Of a stretch of DNA of 64,000 nucleotides, positions 60,401-64,000 are shown one piece after another. This DNA is from Candidatus Latescibacterota bacterium. GTDB lineage: Bacteria > Latescibacterota > UBA2968. The notes beneath the pieces are model-generated. The model saw only the letters and a list, made by a program, of their open reading frames with translations, searched no databases and was not told the origin of the DNA. The first letter of the stretch is position 1. Every line of letters starts with the position of its first letter. The stretch covers positions 4,640,001 to 4,704,000 of the forward strand of contig OZ241986.1 of NCBI GenBank assembly GCA_965204375.1. The letters are read 5' to 3'. The translations under genes were made by a program, and so were the position numbers.

Positions 60401-60694
60401 GCATTGATCTACTTTTTCAAGTGCGTTTTGAATGCGCTTCAGGTCCTGACCGTCTGCTTTTTGGGCGCGCGATTTTAATTCACTGAAAAATCGCCCGCGC
60501 ATTTCACCTGCTGCTTTGCGCGTGAAGGTGATGGCGGATAGTTGATCCACGGGTACGACGCCTTTTTCCACGGCGTTCACCATCCGCTGCACCAGCGCAT
60601 AGGTTTTTCCCGCGCCCGCTCCTGCGAGTACCATCATATTGCGATCCAGTGCGTCGGCTATTTTATCGCGTGCTTGTTGATCTTGAAGGGTCAT
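57479..60694 (-). CDS. addA: UvrD-family helicase/nuclease, AddA-like
   Basis: AGAGAGKT, ITFTRKAAGEM, VDEFQDTD, GDGKQSIYRFRRAD, HQAKGL, YVAATRA; C-terminal IDLV..VDYKT. Confidence 0.85.
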   Translation of the reverse strand: MTLQDQQARDKIADALDRNMMVLAGAGAGKTYALVQRMVNAVEKGVVPVDQLSAITFTRKAAGEMRGRFFSELKSRAQKADGQDLKRIQNALEKVDQCFIGTIHSFCGQLLRERPVEAGLPPDFSEVEEREEAVMRREAWDAFVQQCFLSEDPRLVKFEELGLRPEDLYGFFQRRYQFSDVPLVSEPVQKPDLSTAVSELEAFLQHTEAHIPDPLPGRRDALQTALMRARLFLSNRGIQSDADRIALLHILSGNLSVTLKSWTPNQDFAKRLRDTLFPEFQTEILNPTLTRWRQYIYRFAAPFVDDAVAEYARTRRETGRLTFQDLLELAARLLRDHPEVRRHFQNRYRCLFVDEFQDTDPIQAEILLYLTGENLQETDWRKLTPRPGSLFLVGDGKQSIYRFRRADVETFDLVRNRIDNTNGDIVGLNTNFRSLGHLCDWINAAFEPLFAAHEKPYQAEFAPLFKYRSDGENMAVRRISIDKVYRNSRSQITEEDAARIANFIAAAIEGKTEINGETANASPGDFLILTRTSGYLSHYAQALEKCGIPFDITGGDRLGEADVLHTLTNFLETVYMPDNPLPLLAYLRGDLVGLGDDSLYEFKKAGGVFNWTRDLPKGMDRELRRTFEQAYDHLQKTSEWLQSLSPDTAIARCVERLGLLPFVRTLPMGETHAGNLIRILSLVREWSAQGLHWGQVVTELRTLIDDRDYKIEQMTLPSAQEDVVRLMNLHQAKGLQGKIVFLADPYDTSYTRYGPEFHVSRTRDEPFLALPITKPRGPYQREVVAEPVGWEDAQVEETRFLQSEELRLLYVAATRAENLLIISTYEEKPDHGPWSPLYSHLKNVPELAHGDHSPQPTPETPSTKTPSVEMEREQRDQFWQAVQKQSFEIAQVTDDRADITYTDEGRSATPAGKGAAYGTVIHQIFDDAINMRLPDDPTPYVAHLLQEAGADTGFLPNALDALQHFRNSEIWKEIQTSETVYTEVPFAVSQAENNASEIIRGVIDLVYRLSGGWKIVDYKTNVVKTDEDVQALCEQTSDQVNTYARHWEKFTGETVIAKGLWLTERREFSGI

Positions 60695-63666
60695 ATCCCC
60701 ATCCAGCGATTCAGGCTGTCCAGTAAGGGCGCGAAGTCGGGGTCGTCGCCCATTTCTTCACGCGCGGCGGCGAGGGCGTTGGCGTCCAGGCGTTCTTTGC
60801 TGCAGACGCGGTTGTAGATGCAGTAGTCGCATTCCTGGGATTTTTGTATGTGAAAAAAGCTGCCGTTTTCTACCAGTTTGAGCAAGGGGCGCAACACATT
60901 GGCGAGTGTTTCGGGTGCTGGTGGCGTTTCTGAAAGCCGACGACCGTGTTCTCTGTCGCCGGGAAAGACGTAACCGGATAATTGTACGCGGCCAGGTTCG
61001 CGTTGTTGTCCCAAGATCGCATTCAGAGCATAAGCGTACAGTGCCCATTGCAGATGCGTGCCGCGTTTGAGCAGGTCCCGTTCGTCGTATTGTGCCATGG
61101 ATCCGGTTTTGTAATCCCAGATTACAAAGTTGTCGTCCACGCGATCTACGCGGTCAATGCGCCCGCGGATGCGAAGCGCGATGTCTTCTGCGAGTTCGAG
61201 TGTCACAGGGGGTTCGCAATTCAGCCCACCCGATTCGCCAAATCCGAAGCTCACTTCAAATCCGATGGGGTCGGCGTTTTTTTGCTCGGACTCGACGGAT
61301 AGAAATACTTGCGCGGCTTGCGATAGGCGTTTGACGTCGGCGCGATACGCCGCTTCGTGTTCAACGGGATGGGTTTCTTTTTTTGCTTCTATTTCTTTTT
61401 GTAGAAGTTCCTGGATAAGTGTTCCGTGTCGTTCGCGATCCGGGCGTTCGCCTCGCGCTTTCAGGAGTTGCATGAATTTGTGGAATAAGCTGTGTAACAG
61501 AGCGCCGTAAGACAGGGGGTCGAGCCATCGCGTGGGATCGGATTCAGTTTTTTCTATAGGCTGAATTTCGAGTACATGGTTCAAAAAATACCGGTATGGA
61601 CATCGGGCGAGCATTTCCAGTCTTGAGGGTGAAAATATGCGGTGCTGTGCGGTAATCGCCAACTCGGGTGTGGACTTACCGAGCCAGCCATCGTAGGTCG
61701 TCAATCCGTCCCATTCACGCGCGCGGCGCGCCTTTTGTCCAGCAACCAGATAGGGGAAGGTCTGATGCACAACGGATTTGTAGTCGGCAGAGGCGTGGTG
61801 CGCCAGCAAAGCCTCTGCGTCGTCCAGCGCCTGTGCAGAGTTTTCTGGCAGTGCGCGCACAATTACGGGGTCGATGTTCATCTGTTCGGCTGCTTGCTGA
61901 AAGAGTGCGGCGGGATAGCGTTCCCTGCTGTCGGATAGGCTTCGATGGCAGGACAATAATGTCACTTTGTTAGATGCCATGCCCAATACGCGAATGAGAT
62001 GCCACACTTGCTCGGCGGGTCGCGTGCGGCGCAGTTCCAGTTCACCGGATACGCCCGAGCGCTCGCCATCTAATAGTATTGGGTCTTCTGTTGCGCCACC
62101 GGGAAAGGTGGCTTCGTCCATGCCCGCGATGTAAATATGTGCGCGATTGGTGTATCCCGCGCGTGAGAGCGGGGCTATTGATAGATGCCCGGGTTTGGCT
62201 GCTTCGGCTTTGAAAGAAAGGTTGGCGGTCAGTTCAGATAGGCGGTTTGCCAGTCGGCGTACAGGGGCTTTGCGGCGCACGGATTGGGCCACATGGCGCA
62301 GGCGGTCCTGGATCGCGGTAAGGACCTCATCTTCGGCGTTTACAAAGTGCGCGAGAAATTGAAAGCCGGCATTGACCAGTGCGTTGAGCGATATACGGGG
62401 TCCGCTGGGGATTAGAGCGAATAAGCAATTGAGTTCTTCTTCAACGGCTTTGATTTCCCCAGGTGTTAATCCACGATGGCCGGTTTCCGAGTTTTCGGCG
62501 TCTCTATCGCGCAGGTCGGCTTTTATCTGGTTCAGGGTAGTAAAATAACGCCGAGGACCTTCGCCCTCGCCAATATGCGCGTGTTGGAGGACGGTTGCAA
62601 TTACAGGTGCGCCTTCAGAGGCGATCAGGCCCGCGCGGCACATCATTACGAGTTCGTCAGAGGGATATCCCGCGCTTATCCATTGGTAGAAGTTCACCAG
62701 TGCGCGACCGGTTCGGGTTGTTGATATGGGTATGCCTTCGGCAAATGTGGCGGGCAGGTCAAATCGCTGAACCGCATCGCACAACAGGCTCACATAAGGC
62801 ATTTCTGAGGTGTAGGCGATTTCGACGGTATCCAGGGGTATGGATCCCGATCTTATGTCGCGCAATACCTTGCTGATTTCTGTTTCGGTGCCGAGGGTTT
62901 CGCACAGTTGAATTTGAGATTTGTCTTTGGGGAACAATCTCGATTTAGATATGTTTCCGCCCACTCCGATTTTGCCCGTGTCAGTGGGATAGGGCGCTTT
63001 GGGAAAGCGTTTTGCCGCACTGTGTGGCGGGGGCGACATGCCCATAGTATCTCGACCGATGCGCCAGATAAGTCTCTGTGTTTTTTGGCTGAGATATTCG
63101 AATGCCAGTCTGGGTAATGGGGTTTCGTCCAGGATGGCATAGTGAGTATTTTGTGGGGGAGGATGGGTTTTTAGATGGTTCAACGCGCGTTGATACAATA
63201 CGGCGTTGTCGTAGAGGTTATCTCTTTCATAAGTCGCGCAATATGCCTGATAAAGTCGCTGTAATACCCGATGCCGCAGGCCTTTCCCAGAGAGCGAGTC
63301 GGGTTCCAATCCCGCTGCACGCAGGACGCGCAATGTGCGCAGAAATGGGCGCGTGAGCGCGGCTGCCTGTTGTGCGAAGTAATCATCATTGACTTCGCTC
63401 ACAGCCTGAGGAATCATTTCGTCCAACCAGAATAAGTCCGCGTCTTGCGCCATGCGCGCATGTCCTTCTGCGATGAGCAGGGCACCCGCATCTTTTTCCG
63501 CGAGACTGCGCGGGGTTTCGATTTGCAAGTTCAAATAGGAATATCCCGTTGCCGCAAGTGCGATTGTCAGGTCGTGTCCCACAGTCATGGTAGGGACTAT
63601 CAGGACCTTTGCGTCGATTGGATGCGCGTCACAAAACGCTTTCAGTTGTGCGAGGTGGTATTGCAT
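60691..63666 (-). CDS. addB: AddB-like PD-(D/E)xK nuclease with Fe-S cysteines
   Basis: FSPSRLE...CPYRYF, GRIDRVD, DYKTG, QWALY, CDYCIYNRVC; coupled to the addA-like gene. Confidence 0.8.
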   Translation of the reverse strand: MQYHLAQLKAFCDAHPIDAKVLIVPTMTVGHDLTIALAATGYSYLNLQIETPRSLAEKDAGALLIAEGHARMAQDADLFWLDEMIPQAVSEVNDDYFAQQAAALTRPFLRTLRVLRAAGLEPDSLSGKGLRHRVLQRLYQAYCATYERDNLYDNAVLYQRALNHLKTHPPPQNTHYAILDETPLPRLAFEYLSQKTQRLIWRIGRDTMGMSPPPHSAAKRFPKAPYPTDTGKIGVGGNISKSRLFPKDKSQIQLCETLGTETEISKVLRDIRSGSIPLDTVEIAYTSEMPYVSLLCDAVQRFDLPATFAEGIPISTTRTGRALVNFYQWISAGYPSDELVMMCRAGLIASEGAPVIATVLQHAHIGEGEGPRRYFTTLNQIKADLRDRDAENSETGHRGLTPGEIKAVEEELNCLFALIPSGPRISLNALVNAGFQFLAHFVNAEDEVLTAIQDRLRHVAQSVRRKAPVRRLANRLSELTANLSFKAEAAKPGHLSIAPLSRAGYTNRAHIYIAGMDEATFPGGATEDPILLDGERSGVSGELELRRTRPAEQVWHLIRVLGMASNKVTLLSCHRSLSDSRERYPAALFQQAAEQMNIDPVIVRALPENSAQALDDAEALLAHHASADYKSVVHQTFPYLVAGQKARRAREWDGLTTYDGWLGKSTPELAITAQHRIFSPSRLEMLARCPYRYFLNHVLEIQPIEKTESDPTRWLDPLSYGALLHSLFHKFMQLLKARGERPDRERHGTLIQELLQKEIEAKKETHPVEHEAAYRADVKRLSQAAQVFLSVESEQKNADPIGFEVSFGFGESGGLNCEPPVTLELAEDIALRIRGRIDRVDRVDDNFVIWDYKTGSMAQYDERDLLKRGTHLQWALYAYALNAILGQQREPGRVQLSGYVFPGDREHGRRLSETPPAPETLANVLRPLLKLVENGSFFHIQKSQECDYCIYNRVCSKERLDANALAAAREEMGDDPDFAPLLDSLNRWMGI

Positions 63667-63677
63667 GGGAATATTCC

Positions 63678-64000
63678 TTATTCATATCGCAATGTCTCAG
63701 CGGGATTTGTTCGGGCGGCTTTCCACGCTTGCGTGCTTACGGTTAATATCGCGATCCCCAATGTCAGGAGGCTTCCCAGGACGAATGGGGTTGCACTGAG
63801 TTCGATCCGATAGGCAAAATGCTGTAACCATCGATCCATTGCCAGATAAATAATTGGATAGGCGATCAGATTTGCTATGCCGACGAGTATGATAAAGTCT
63901 CTGCACAGCAGTATTACGAGATTCCAGACGGATGCGCCCATTGTTTTGCGTATGCCTATTTCTTTTGTGCGCTGTTCTGCGGTGAAGGCTGCCAGACCCA
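63678..64000 (-). CDS. MacB/FtsX-type ABC transporter permease, C-terminal part (start beyond window)
   Basis: GLAAFTAEQRTKEIGIRKTMGASV...WLQHFAYRI...NPAETLRYE. Confidence 0.9.
   Translation of the reverse strand, partial: GLAAFTAEQRTKEIGIRKTMGASVWNLVILLCRDFIILVGIANLIAYPIIYLAMDRWLQHFAYRIELSATPFVLGSLLTLGIAILTVSTQAWKAARTNPAETLRYE

Overview
Bacterial chromosome segment spanning the replication origin. The core cluster is rsmG-mnmE-yidC-rnpA-rpmH <> dnaA-oriC with two parS sites. A separate, inverted dnaN-recF-DUF721-gyrB-gyrA operon lies about 15-22 kb downstream, followed by an addAB-like pair. Between these sit many sulfatase-superfamily genes and sugar/acid catabolic genes, a GWxTD/TPR protein, TA modules and TA remnants, and secreted LRR and EF-hand(dockerin-like) proteins. 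This gene mix suggests an FCB-group (Latescibacterota/Gemmatimonadota-like), possibly host-associated marine bacterium; that is inference only. I found no rRNA, tRNA, CRISPR array or integrase. The most interesting signals are: (1) a ~235-nt five-hairpin putative ncRNA with C-rich loops behind a near-consensus promoter, divergent from an XRE regulator; (2) displaced copies of the addA 3' end delimiting tandem accessory cassettes; (3) a second DnaA-box cluster with an IHF site ~10 kb from oriC; (4) a GyrA C-gate-like segment inserted in a CtpA protease; (5) two sulfatase-fold enzymes with Thr at the nucleophile position. All calls are by eye from the sequence and ORF track; no searches were run.
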